Source: Erysipelothrix sp. (GTDB taxonomy: Bacteria > Bacillota_I > Bacilli_A > Erysipelotrichales > Erysipelotrichaceae). From it: a stretch of DNA of 54,437 nt. Positions 34,564 through 45,216 of the stretch are shown here, one piece after another. The position numbers and the translations under genes were made by a program. Every line of letters begins with the position of its first letter. The stretch's first letter is position 1. The stretch lies in the NCBI GenBank assembly GCA_012512455.1, contig JAAZEF010000014.1, forward strand, positions 1-54,437, written 5' to 3'. The notes below the pieces were generated by a model. That model had not been told where the DNA came from, ran no database searches, and was given only the letters and a program-made list of their open reading frames with translations.

Positions 34564-35835
34564 ATGTTAAACGTTGTAGAAAGAGATTTAGTCATCATCG
34601 GTGGAGGACCAGCTGGTCTTGCTGCTGCGAAAGCCGCTAAAGAAAATGGCGTCGATGATTTAGTGATTATTGAAAGAGATTACCTTTTAGGAGGAATCTT
34701 GAATCAATGTATCCATAATGGATTTGGCTTACGTGTATTTAGAGAAGAACTTACAGGACCTGAGTATGCAGCTCGTTTCGTTGATCAAGTAGAAGATCTA
34801 GGGATCGAATGCAAAATTAATACAATGGTCATAGATATCACTAAAGACAAAATAGTCACTTGCATTAATGCGGATGAAGGTATTGTTAAAATTAAAGCTA
34901 AAGCTGTAATTATGGCGATGGGCTGCCGTGAACGTCCTCGTGGAGCACTTAATGTTCCAGGATCACGTCCTGCAGGTATCTATTCAGCTGGTACAGCACA
35001 ACGTCTAGTTAATATTGATGGCTTTATGCCAGGTAGAGAAGTTGTTATCTTAGGTTCAGGTGATATTGGACTTATTATGGCACGTCGTATGACATTAGAA
35101 GGTGCACATGTTAAATGTGTCGCTGAACTTATGCCTTATTCATCAGGCTTGAAGAGAAATATCGTTCAATGTTTAGATGACTATGACATTCCATTGAAAT
35201 TAAGTCATACAGTGACTAAGATTCATGGTAAAGAAAGATTGGAAGGGGTCACCATCTCTAAAGTAGATGAGAACCTAAAACCAATTCCAGGTACAGAAGA
35301 CTACATCGCATGCGATACATTATTATTATCAGTTGGACTTATTCCAGAAAATGAATTAACAGAAATGATTTCTGACAATATTTCACCTGTTACAAAGGGA
35401 CCTATTGTTGATGAAACATTCTCAACAGATGTCGATGGCGTCTTTGCTTGTGGAAACGTGTTACACGTCCATGACTTAGTTGACTACGTATCTGAAGAAG
35501 CTACTAAAGCTGGTGAAAATGCTGCTCATTATATCTTAGATAGACATGATCACATTGATGATAATTACTTCACACTAGTTCCAACAGGAACGGTCAGTTA
35601 TACTGTCCCATTCTTTATTCACAAAGACACAGAAGAAAATACGATGGTTCGCTTCAGAGTAAGAGAAGTCATTCGCGATGGTCATATATTGGTTATGGCT
35701 GGTGATAAGCAACTCATGAAACGTAAGAAACGAATTTTCGCACCAGGGGAAATGGAATCTGTGTTTATCACTAAAAAAATGCTAGCAGAAATCCAAGATA
35801 TTGATGAAATTAGCATTAGTGTTGAGAAGGAGTAG
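34564..35835 (+). CDS. NAD(P)/FAD-dependent pyridine nucleotide-disulfide-type oxidoreductase
   Basis: LVIIGGGPAGLAAA and VVILGSGDIGLIMA double Rossmann motifs. Starts 1 nt after the upstream stop. Confidence 0.75.
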   Translation: MLNVVERDLVIIGGGPAGLAAAKAAKENGVDDLVIIERDYLLGGILNQCIHNGFGLRVFREELTGPEYAARFVDQVEDLGIECKINTMVIDITKDKIVTCINADEGIVKIKAKAVIMAMGCRERPRGALNVPGSRPAGIYSAGTAQRLVNIDGFMPGREVVILGSGDIGLIMARRMTLEGAHVKCVAELMPYSSGLKRNIVQCLDDYDIPLKLSHTVTKIHGKERLEGVTISKVDENLKPIPGTEDYIACDTLLLSVGLIPENELTEMISDNISPVTKGPIVDETFSTDVDGVFACGNVLHVHDLVDYVSEEATKAGENAAHYILDRHDHIDDNYFTLVPTGTVSYTVPFFIHKDTEENTMVRFRVREVIRDGHILVMAGDKQLMKRKKRIFAPGEMESVFITKKMLAEIQDIDEISISVEKE

Positions 35836-35843
35836 TGATAGTA

Positions 35844-36218
35844 ATGGCTAAAGAAAAAATTCATACAATTACTTGTATCGGATGTCCTGTGGGTTGTGAG
35901 TTAACCGTCACAGTTCATGAAGACCAAACAATTACAGTCACAGGTAATGAATGTAATGTAGGGGCTAACTATGGACCTAAAGAGGTTACTAATCCAGTAA
36001 GAATGATCACTTCAGTAGTATATGTTGAAGGTGGTAAGGAAAGAGTTGTTCCGGTTAAAACTAGAACAGAAATTCCTAAACCATTGAAGTTAGATGTAGC
36101 AAAACAACTCAAGAATGTAGTTGTTATGGCTCCTGTTAAGATTAATGACATCATTGTTGAAAATATCTTAAATACAGGTGTTGATATCATCGCGACAGGA
36201 AATGTCGACGAAATTTAA
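35844..36218 (+). CDS. DUF1667 domain protein (small Cys-rich subunit)
   Basis: TCIGCPVGCEL...NECNVG motif. Start uncertain: ATG at 35844 or GTG at 35835 overlapping the upstream stop. Confidence 0.65.
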   Translation: MAKEKIHTITCIGCPVGCELTVTVHEDQTITVTGNECNVGANYGPKEVTNPVRMITSVVYVEGGKERVVPVKTRTEIPKPLKLDVAKQLKNVVVMAPVKINDIIVENILNTGVDIIATGNVDEI

Positions 36219-36254
36219 TTGATTTTAAGTTGCTAACTATAGCAATTAAAATAA

Positions 36255-37763
<1,509 letters not shown>

Positions 37764-37794
37764 AATAATAATACCAAGTCAATAGCATGAAAGA

Positions 37795-37824
37795 AGAAAT
37801 CTGTGAAAGCGGATTTCTTTTTTT
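37795..37824 (+). terminator. Intrinsic terminator after glpK
   Basis: agaaatc-tgtgaaagcg-gatttct plus T6. Nested inside an outer complementary pair catgaaag/ctttcatg (37786-37833). Confidence 0.75.
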
Positions 37825-37889
37825 GCTTTCATGTCACTCTGTGGTAAAATGATACTGTTAATTATCACTCGAAGGAATAGGAAGTATTT

Positions 37890-38897
37890 ATGACAAAGAA
37901 ACAACGTATTAATCAAACAATAAAATCTGGAATTTTCGGTCTACTCACAGGTATTGTCCTAGGAGTCGTTGGTTATTTATGGGCCCATGCCACTAATTTA
38001 CTAATTGATATTGAAGGTTTTGGCTTAGGTAGAATGGTGTTATGGTTTCCAATGATCGGTTATGGTGTCATAGGTGTAGGAATAGTTGTGTTCGCCTTTG
38101 GTATCCTGCAATTAATCAGAGGCTTTAGCGCAAAAAACAAACATGTTGAAAAAAGTGAAGCGGTAAAAAAAACTCAACAAGACGCCATCGTCGCTGAACG
38201 TTCTCTCTTTGATAAAGGAAGAATCAAAGGTGTTATCTTTGATTTAGATGGAACCTTACTCGATACCATTGATGACCTTACAGATGCACTTAACAGTGCT
38301 ATTACGGTCTATGGTTATCCTGCCAAGACATCCGATGAAGTCATGGCTGTCGTAGGTAATGGAATGGCCAATATGGTAAGAAGAGTCGTTAATCCAGAAA
38401 CCACAGAAGAAGAAATACAAGAAATACTTAAAGCTTTTTTAGATGCCTACGATATGAATTATCAAAACAAAACAAAACCATATGAAGGAATTCATGAGCT
38501 CTTAAGAGAACTTAACAGTAAAGGCTATTTGTTAGGCGTTATTTCTAATAAACGTTTAGAGTATACACAAGAGCTAATTAAGAATCTATTTAGTGATATT
38601 CCATTTGTCGATGTCATTGGTGATCACGTTGAATATCCACGTAAACCTGATCCTACAACCACGCAATTGATAGTCCAAGAAATGATGGTCTCTTCATCTC
38701 AAGTGGTCTTTGTAGGAGATTCCCAAGTTGATATTGAAACAGCTCACAATGCTAATGTACCAGTCATTGCCTGTACTTGGGGCTTTAGAAGTATTAGTGA
38801 GTTAGATGAAGCAAAACCTGATTATTATGCTCATACACCTAAAGAAATTTATGACATTATTGTGTCAATTAATCACTCATCAGCATCACAGTCGTGA
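37890..38897 (+). CDS. Membrane-anchored HAD-superfamily phosphatase (phosphoglycolate phosphatase-like)
   Basis: Two N-terminal TM segments within residues about 14-75, then HAD motif I VIFDLDGTLLDT, motif II ISNK, motif IV VGDSQVD. Confidence 0.7.
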   Translation: MTKKQRINQTIKSGIFGLLTGIVLGVVGYLWAHATNLLIDIEGFGLGRMVLWFPMIGYGVIGVGIVVFAFGILQLIRGFSAKNKHVEKSEAVKKTQQDAIVAERSLFDKGRIKGVIFDLDGTLLDTIDDLTDALNSAITVYGYPAKTSDEVMAVVGNGMANMVRRVVNPETTEEEIQEILKAFLDAYDMNYQNKTKPYEGIHELLRELNSKGYLLGVISNKRLEYTQELIKNLFSDIPFVDVIGDHVEYPRKPDPTTTQLIVQEMMVSSSQVVFVGDSQVDIETAHNANVPVIACTWGFRSISELDEAKPDYYAHTPKEIYDIIVSINHSSASQS

Positions 38898-38959
38898 TGC
38901 TTTTTAGTGCCATTATAAAGTCGATATTGATACAATTATGTTAGAAGGAAGGTAATTAT

Positions 38960-39574
38960 ATGACTGATGTATTAAAAAAGTATGAATCTATTGTAGACTT
39001 AAAAGATAATAATCTCCCTATTATTTTTTTATTTCATGGCACAGGAGCTGACAATACAGATTTAATACCTATCGCAAAACATTTAAATCCAACAGCATCC
39101 ATTATCTCTGTCAATGGTAATGTATTTGTTAATGGGGCACGTCGTTACTTTGATCGCAATATGTATGGGGTCGATGTCGAAGATTTAAAATTTAGAGCCA
39201 AAGAACTCGCCACTTATTTAGAAGCATTAATTAAAGAACATCAAATTGAGAAACAAAAGAAGATTGCGATCGGTTATTCAAATGGAGCAAACATTATAAT
39301 CGGCATGTTACAACAACATACTAAGATATTTGATGGCGTTGGCTTACTCCATGGAGCTCCCTATAGCGAAGATAAATATCAAGATGTGTCAGGTTTACAT
39401 GTGTATGTCTCACTAGGTGAAAATGATCAGATGATCGATGCCACTCAAACAATGAAGATGGTAAAGGACTTAGATGAAAGTGAAGCAAAAGTTACAGTCT
39501 TCTCACATCAACAAGGACATCATATGACAACCCAAGAGATTGATGCGCTTAAGACATGGTTTGAAAGTATATAA
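38960..39574 (+). CDS. Alpha/beta hydrolase (phospholipase/carboxylesterase family)
   Basis: 204 aa. LFHGTGAD, nucleophile elbow GYSNGA, C-terminal His. Confidence 0.65.
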   Translation: MTDVLKKYESIVDLKDNNLPIIFLFHGTGADNTDLIPIAKHLNPTASIISVNGNVFVNGARRYFDRNMYGVDVEDLKFRAKELATYLEALIKEHQIEKQKKIAIGYSNGANIIIGMLQQHTKIFDGVGLLHGAPYSEDKYQDVSGLHVYVSLGENDQMIDATQTMKMVKDLDESEAKVTVFSHQQGHHMTTQEIDALKTWFESI

Positions 39575-39654
39575 AGGCGTTTTTGACAACATGCCTTTTT
39601 TTCTTATCCGTTACACGATATAATAAAGGTTGAATAGTTAGAGAGGAACTGATT

Positions 39655-40569
39655 ATGACAACACCAACATTAGTAATTTTAGCGGCAGGAATGGGAAGTC
39701 GCTATGGCGGTCTTAAACAAATCGATACCGTCGGTAACAACGGAGAAAGTATTATTGATTTTTCAATTTATGATGCGATTCAAGCAGGTTTCAAGAAACT
39801 TGTTTTAATTATCAAAAAAGAACACGAGGAAGCATTTGAGAAATCATTAGTCGCCAAAATTCGTCCCTTCATAGAAGTACACTACGCATTTCAAGAATTA
39901 GATGACATTCCAGAAGGCTACAGTGTCCCTGAAGGTAGAGAAAAACCATGGGGAACCGTTCAAGCATTAAAACCAACCCAAGCTATCTTAGGAACTGACC
40001 CTTTTATGGTTATCAATGCGGATGATTATTATGGTAAATCATCATTTGTCTTAATGCATCAATTCTTAACATCATTAGTAGATAAAAACCACTATGCGAT
40101 GGTAGGATATATCTTAAGAAACACTTTAACAGATCATGGACATGTCACGAGAGCAGTCTGTGAAAAGAGTGAAGAAGGTTATTTGGAAAAAATAGTTGAA
40201 TATCAAAAGATAGCTAAGAAACATGATTTAGTTGTCTATGAAAATAATGGCATTTGGGAAAAAGTAGATGGAGACAGTATTTGTTCAATGAACTACTGGG
40301 GATTCTCCCATCATGTTTTTGATCAATTAGAACCTTTATTTAAGGAATTCTTAGATAATAATTTAGAAAAAGATCCCCTTAAATGTGAATATGTTATACC
40401 AACCGCTGTTGGACAATTAGTAGATGATAATCAAATAAAAGTTAAGATTTATTCATCTGAAGACCAATGGTTTGGTGTCACTTATCAAGAAGACAAGGAG
40501 CAAGTCATTAAGAAATTCCAAGAGTTCAAAGATCAAGGACTCTATCCACAAGATTTATGGAGTAAATAA
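39655..40569 (+). CDS. Sugar-phosphate nucleotidyltransferase-fold protein, substrate unknown
   Basis: LAAGMGSRYGGLKQ N-terminal NTP-binding loop, KPWGT, NADDYY. Confidence 0.55.
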   Translation: MTTPTLVILAAGMGSRYGGLKQIDTVGNNGESIIDFSIYDAIQAGFKKLVLIIKKEHEEAFEKSLVAKIRPFIEVHYAFQELDDIPEGYSVPEGREKPWGTVQALKPTQAILGTDPFMVINADDYYGKSSFVLMHQFLTSLVDKNHYAMVGYILRNTLTDHGHVTRAVCEKSEEGYLEKIVEYQKIAKKHDLVVYENNGIWEKVDGDSICSMNYWGFSHHVFDQLEPLFKEFLDNNLEKDPLKCEYVIPTAVGQLVDDNQIKVKIYSSEDQWFGVTYQEDKEQVIKKFQEFKDQGLYPQDLWSK

Positions 40570-41738
40570 TGTTAAATTTCACGTTTAGTCATCCTACCCA
40601 ATTAGTCTTTGGACTTGATACGATAAATCGTGTCGGTGAGTTAAGTAAGACCTTAGGGAATAAAATTTTATTACACTACGGACAATCTTCTATCAAGAAA
40701 AGCGGACTCTACGATAAAGTCATGACTTCCTTAACAGAAGCAGGTATCGAAGTAGTAGAGTTAGGAGGCGTTGTCGCTAATCCAGTCTTTAGTTTGGTCT
40801 TAGAAGGCATTAAACTATGTAAAGAAGAACAGATTGAAGGTATCTTGGCAGTAGGCGGTGGCTCTGTAATGGACTCTGCTAAGGCAATTGCGGCAGGTGT
40901 CTATGTAGAAGATGACTATTGGAATTATTTCATGCACCGCGGAGATGTCCCTAACGCCTTACCATTAGGTATTGTTTCTACATTACCTGCGACAGGCTCA
41001 GAAACTTCACCTAGTAGTGTCATTACCAATGAAGCAGTGGAACATAAGCGTTCCATCAATTCAAAGAAAATATTGCCAAAGTTTTCTATTGTCGATCCAA
41101 AACTACACGTGACATTACCAGCTTATCAGACTGCTTGTGGTATCAGTGATATCATGTCACATTTGATAGAGCGCTATTTTACCCATACTACTCATGTTGA
41201 CTATACTGACCGTCTATTAGAAGCATCATTTCATACACTACTTGTCAATGGACCTTTGTTAATGAAGGATCCTAACAATTTGGATGCCCGTAGTGAAGTT
41301 GCCTTTGTATCTTTAGTAGCCCACAATGGTCTATTAGGAGGAGGGCGAGAAGAAGATTGGGCTAGTCATCGTATTGAACATGAGCTATCTAATTATTACA
41401 ACATTGCTCATGGGGCAGGTTTAGCGATTATTATGCCTGCTTGGATGCGTTATGTATATAAAGAAAACCCCGCTCGCTTTGAACAATTCGCAAGAAGGGT
41501 CTTTAAGATTGATTATGCTTTCGATCAACAAGAACAAACTATAGTTGCTGGTATCGATGCTTATGAGAAGTTTTTATCTGATCTTTATCTACCTACTTCA
41601 TTAACAGAAGCGGGTATCTTAGAAGATAACTTTGAACAAATGACAGATAATGCGCTTATTAATCGTGGTGAGACTGTGGGCAATTTCAAGAAATTAAACA
41701 AACAAGATATTATTAATATTTATCGCTTAAGCAAATAG
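40569..41738 (+). CDS. Iron-containing (group III) alcohol dehydrogenase, YqhD/BdhA-like
   Basis: AVGGGSVMDSAKAIA NAD motif and His-rich metal site (HxxxH; HRIEHELS). The start overlaps the upstream stop (TAATG). Confidence 0.8.
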   Translation: MLNFTFSHPTQLVFGLDTINRVGELSKTLGNKILLHYGQSSIKKSGLYDKVMTSLTEAGIEVVELGGVVANPVFSLVLEGIKLCKEEQIEGILAVGGGSVMDSAKAIAAGVYVEDDYWNYFMHRGDVPNALPLGIVSTLPATGSETSPSSVITNEAVEHKRSINSKKILPKFSIVDPKLHVTLPAYQTACGISDIMSHLIERYFTHTTHVDYTDRLLEASFHTLLVNGPLLMKDPNNLDARSEVAFVSLVAHNGLLGGGREEDWASHRIEHELSNYYNIAHGAGLAIIMPAWMRYVYKENPARFEQFARRVFKIDYAFDQQEQTIVAGIDAYEKFLSDLYLPTSLTEAGILEDNFEQMTDNALINRGETVGNFKKLNKQDIINIYRLSK

Positions 41739-42884
41739 TGACACAATGAATTGACGCACAATATCGAAAGAGAATGTTATTGTGACAATTGAAGAAAATA
41801 ATGATGTCATTAACATAATTAGTAAAGTCCTTAGAATATTATTCTTAAGGGCTTTTTTAATTGATTTACTATCTTCATTAAGTGAATTGAAGTCAGCAAC
41901 AGTCGCCTTACGAAAGGTTGCCTCAGACAATCCCGCAAACCAACCCACCGCTAAGACAGGTGACAGAGTACCAATGGGTGCAGTGAGAAAACTGACTAAT
42001 ATGGTCACAGGATGTGCCAAACAGATTAGCGCTCCGATAGCAGAAGCAACAGCAGCTGCGATTAACCAACCTGATAACTTAAGTAGACCACTTAGATTGA
42101 AACCTGTGGTCACAAAAACTAATAAGATGATAGATAGAGGGAGTAGCCATTTAACTTGTTTTGATAACCAAGATGGTTCTTTAATATGTTCTAATTCTTT
42201 GAGTTTTATATCGGCTTCAAAGAGATGCTTTTTAATTCCAGCAGCATGAGCTGCCCCAATGACAACCACAATTTTATTTCCTGGACTATTTTTAATAGCT
42301 TGAGCCATATAGGCATCTCTTTCGAAGATGAGAATCTCTGCGATTTTAGGAATTTCATCACTGACTTCCTTTAAAGCATTATCTAAGATGTCTTGTTGTT
42401 TCATTTCTTCGATGGTCGCTTCGTCTATTGTTTCATCATCAAAGAGTGAAAATAAAATGGATGATAAGAGTTTTAATTTTTCACTAAAAGTTAAATGAGA
42501 CCAGATACGCTTAAAGGTTATCTGAATATTACGATCGATATAAGAGATGTGGGCGCCAATTTCTTTTGCTTTTGTGACACCCATTCTCATCTCGTCACCA
42601 ACATTAGTTTCCATTTGGTCTGCCATCTTCTTTTGGTATTGAGCAAGGATATAATTGACGACCATTAAGACTACTTTCTTTTCTTTAATGACGGTCTTTA
42701 ATTCCATAGAAGACATATCTTGTTTATTAAAAAGATTTTGTGCTCTAGCATCATCAAGTTCAATACAGACGGTGTCTGGTTGGATTTCTTCGATTGCTAA
42801 TTTAACGTCTTCGACTGATTGTAAGGAGACGTGGGCTGTTTTTATGAGAGTGATTTCTTTGTCGTTTAGTAATATTTTTTCCAT
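41727..42884 (-). CDS. TraB/GumN-family protein with C-terminal TM segments
   Basis: ITLIKTAHVSLQSVEDV...PDTVCIELDDAR is typical of the TraB family. 3' end overlaps the convergent ADH gene by 12 nt. Confidence 0.75.
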   Translation of the reverse strand: MEKILLNDKEITLIKTAHVSLQSVEDVKLAIEEIQPDTVCIELDDARAQNLFNKQDMSSMELKTVIKEKKVVLMVVNYILAQYQKKMADQMETNVGDEMRMGVTKAKEIGAHISYIDRNIQITFKRIWSHLTFSEKLKLLSSILFSLFDDETIDEATIEEMKQQDILDNALKEVSDEIPKIAEILIFERDAYMAQAIKNSPGNKIVVVIGAAHAAGIKKHLFEADIKLKELEHIKEPSWLSKQVKWLLPLSIILLVFVTTGFNLSGLLKLSGWLIAAAVASAIGALICLAHPVTILVSFLTAPIGTLSPVLAVGWFAGLSEATFRKATVADFNSLNEDSKSIKKALKNNILRTLLIMLMTSLFSSIVTITFSFDIVRQFIVSLFA

Positions 42885-42924
42885 AAGAGTCCTCTTTCGT
42901 TACCCATTATAGCACAAAGATAGT

Positions 42925-42952
42925 TTGATAGAGCTCACTATCATGGTATAAT
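42925..42952 (+). promoter_or_regulatory. cdaA operon promoter TTGATA-16-TGgTATAAT
   Basis: ttgata at 42925-42930 and tataat at 42947-42952 with TG at 42944-42945. Confidence 0.6.
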
Positions 42953-42980
42953 TGTAAACACAAACAGGAGGACGCAAATA

Positions 42981-43880
42981 GTGAATTGGACATGGATTTA
43001 TCGACTGATTGATGTGTTACGCGTCATCTTAGATATAGGGATCGTTTGGTTAATACTATTCTATCTACTAAAAATATTTAGAAGTAATGCCAGAACAGTC
43101 CAAATTATCAAAGGGATACTCATTGTCATCATCGTAAAAATATTTGCTGGGATATTACAGCTTTCAACTCTAAATGTCATCTTAGACTATCTATTAAATT
43201 GGGGTTTTTTAGCTGTCGTTATCATTTTCCAACCTGAAATACGTTCTTTATTAGAAAGAGTTGGCAAAACTTCTGTATTAGCTTCATTATCTGTCTTAAG
43301 TGGTAATGAAAGAGAACGCTTAATCAGTGAGCTTATCGATGCGGTCAATGATTTATCGAAAAGTAAAACAGGCGCATTAATTACTTTAGAACAAGGCCAG
43401 TCCTTAGAAGATTTCATAAAAACTGGCACCCCCTTAAATTCGATAGTTACAAAGGAATTATTGACCTCAATCTTTGTAACCAGTACTCCATTACATGATG
43501 GGGCAGTTATTATCCGTGGAGATCGTATCGCTGTGGCGTCTGCCTATTTTCCGCCGACAAATAATGAACTACCGTTACGTTTTGGGGCTCGTCATCGTGC
43601 CGCAGTAGGCATTTCTGAAATTACAGATTCAATTACAATAGTCGTCTCTGAAGAGACAGGCTCTATTTCAATTGCCCAAGATAGTAAATTAACTCTGGTA
43701 GATATTTCTACATTAAGAGACTTCTTAGAATTGGTGATACAAGTGAGTTCATCTTCAAGTGATGATATCAATTTCTTAAGTCCTCAAGAGAATAAAGACT
43801 TAGAAAAAGATTACACAGATGTATCCATTGTGGATGTCGTGAAAGAAAAACAAAAATCAAAGGGTGATACAGATGAGTAA
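42981..43880 (+). CDS. cdaA: Diadenylate cyclase CdaA
   Basis: Three N-terminal TM segments. DAC domain TPLHDGAVIIRGDRI, GARHRAA. GTG start 8 nt after AGGAGG. Confidence 0.9.
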   Translation: MNWTWIYRLIDVLRVILDIGIVWLILFYLLKIFRSNARTVQIIKGILIVIIVKIFAGILQLSTLNVILDYLLNWGFLAVVIIFQPEIRSLLERVGKTSVLASLSVLSGNERERLISELIDAVNDLSKSKTGALITLEQGQSLEDFIKTGTPLNSIVTKELLTSIFVTSTPLHDGAVIIRGDRIAVASAYFPPTNNELPLRFGARHRAAVGISEITDSITIVVSEETGSISIAQDSKLTLVDISTLRDFLELVIQVSSSSSDDINFLSPQENKDLEKDYTDVSIVDVVKEKQKSKGDTDE

Positions 43881-45213
43881 GAAACCTGAAGAAAAAGTTG
43901 AACTAGCAAATAAGATTGCTGAACAAAGTCGTCGCTTTAAGAGAATGTCAAAGAAAGTCGAGACGTTTTTTAGACGCATTAGTCATTTCTTTTCCAATAT
44001 CATAGACCGCTTATTTTTCAAAGAAAAATATGGATGGTTTGTCTCCTTATTAGCAGCTATTGCTTTATTTGTGATGGTCTCATCTTCTGAGCAATTAGCA
44101 TCCTCTGTACGTTCTAGTATTGAGTTAAATAATATTGAAGTAGAAGTCTTAGTTAATAATGATCTTTATGAAATTATAGGTGTACCTGAAAGTGTCAATG
44201 CGATTGTACAGGGTGAGTTTGTTGACTTAACAACAATTCGTAATCAAGGTAACTATTCCGTAGTCGCAAATCTAAGTGGTTTAGGTGAAGGTGTTCATTT
44301 AATTAATTTAGAACCTAGTGATTTTTCACCACGCGTACGAGTGGTCTTATCTCCTTCAAGTACGGAGGTAACTATTCGTCGTAAGATTTCCAGTGAATTC
44401 TCTTTTGGTTATGATTTCATCAATACCAATCAGTTGTCTAATGAGTTTGTATTAAGTGAACCTGAGTTTAATGAAGATAGAGTTGTGGTCCAAGCTTCAC
44501 AAGAGACCATTAATCAAATTTCACATGTAAAAGCCTTAATCGATGTCTCTAATCAGACTGAAGATTTTGAAGTAGATGCACGTTTGGTAGCATATAACCA
44601 GGCAGGTCAACAGATGGATATCGATATTATTCCTGAGACTGTAACAGCAAAAGTTGGAGTGTCTTCACCTAATAAGCAAGTACCATTGGTGTTAAATGTA
44701 GCGGGTGAGATTCCTAATAACATGGCAATATCAAGTGTCGATATGGACAATGATCGTATTACGATATATGGTCCAGAAGATGTATTAGCGAATGTTCAAA
44801 TGATTGAAATTCCTGTCAATGGGACATCGCTTACTAACAATGAGAATCAAATTGTTCATTCTATCAGTTTACCTTCAGGTATCCAGGTCGCAGATTTAGA
44901 GCGAGTGACTATCTCGTTGAAATTAGAGGAAAAAGTTGAACAACGTGTTGAGAATGCTCGGGTATTCTTTGAGAATAATATTCATAACTATACAATCAAT
45001 ATGGTAAATGAAGAAGATGAATTTATGGATGTCATCCTTAAAGGCTCACAAACAATGATTGATAGTCTTGATTTGAGCCAAGTTCGAGTCTTTATAGATA
45101 TGAGACAAATTCAACCAGGTCAACAAGAAGTTAATGTCTTGGTCAATGGACCTTCTGAATTTGTGGAATATGAAACAGTGTTAACGACCATCTTAATCGA
45201 TGTAGAGGAGTAA
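43873..45213 (+). CDS. cdaR: CdaA regulatory protein CdaR (YbbR-domain repeats)
   Basis: One TM segment followed by repeated YbbR-like modules, in the conserved position between cdaA and glmM. ATG at 43873 lies 6 nt after AGGGTG. Confidence 0.8.
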   Translation: MSKKPEEKVELANKIAEQSRRFKRMSKKVETFFRRISHFFSNIIDRLFFKEKYGWFVSLLAAIALFVMVSSSEQLASSVRSSIELNNIEVEVLVNNDLYEIIGVPESVNAIVQGEFVDLTTIRNQGNYSVVANLSGLGEGVHLINLEPSDFSPRVRVVLSPSSTEVTIRRKISSEFSFGYDFINTNQLSNEFVLSEPEFNEDRVVVQASQETINQISHVKALIDVSNQTEDFEVDARLVAYNQAGQQMDIDIIPETVTAKVGVSSPNKQVPLVLNVAGEIPNNMAISSVDMDNDRITIYGPEDVLANVQMIEIPVNGTSLTNNENQIVHSISLPSGIQVADLERVTISLKLEEKVEQRVENARVFFENNIHNYTINMVNEEDEFMDVILKGSQTMIDSLDLSQVRVFIDMRQIQPGQQEVNVLVNGPSEFVEYETVLTTILIDVEE

Positions 45214-45216
45214 AAG

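Noticed and set aside
37786-37833. Extended nested hairpin around the glpK terminator (catgaaag ... ctttcatg) as a possible regulatory element.
   Set aside because: It is most simply a terminator with fortuitous outer complementarity that also overlaps the next promoter region. There is no independent evidence of function.
41782-42912. Plus-strand ORFs of 155 aa and 85 aa opposite the TraB-family gene.
   Set aside because: They lie entirely within the well-supported minus-strand TraB-family CDS. There is no SD and no recognisable motifs. The open frame is explained as the antisense of a hydrophobic-rich gene.
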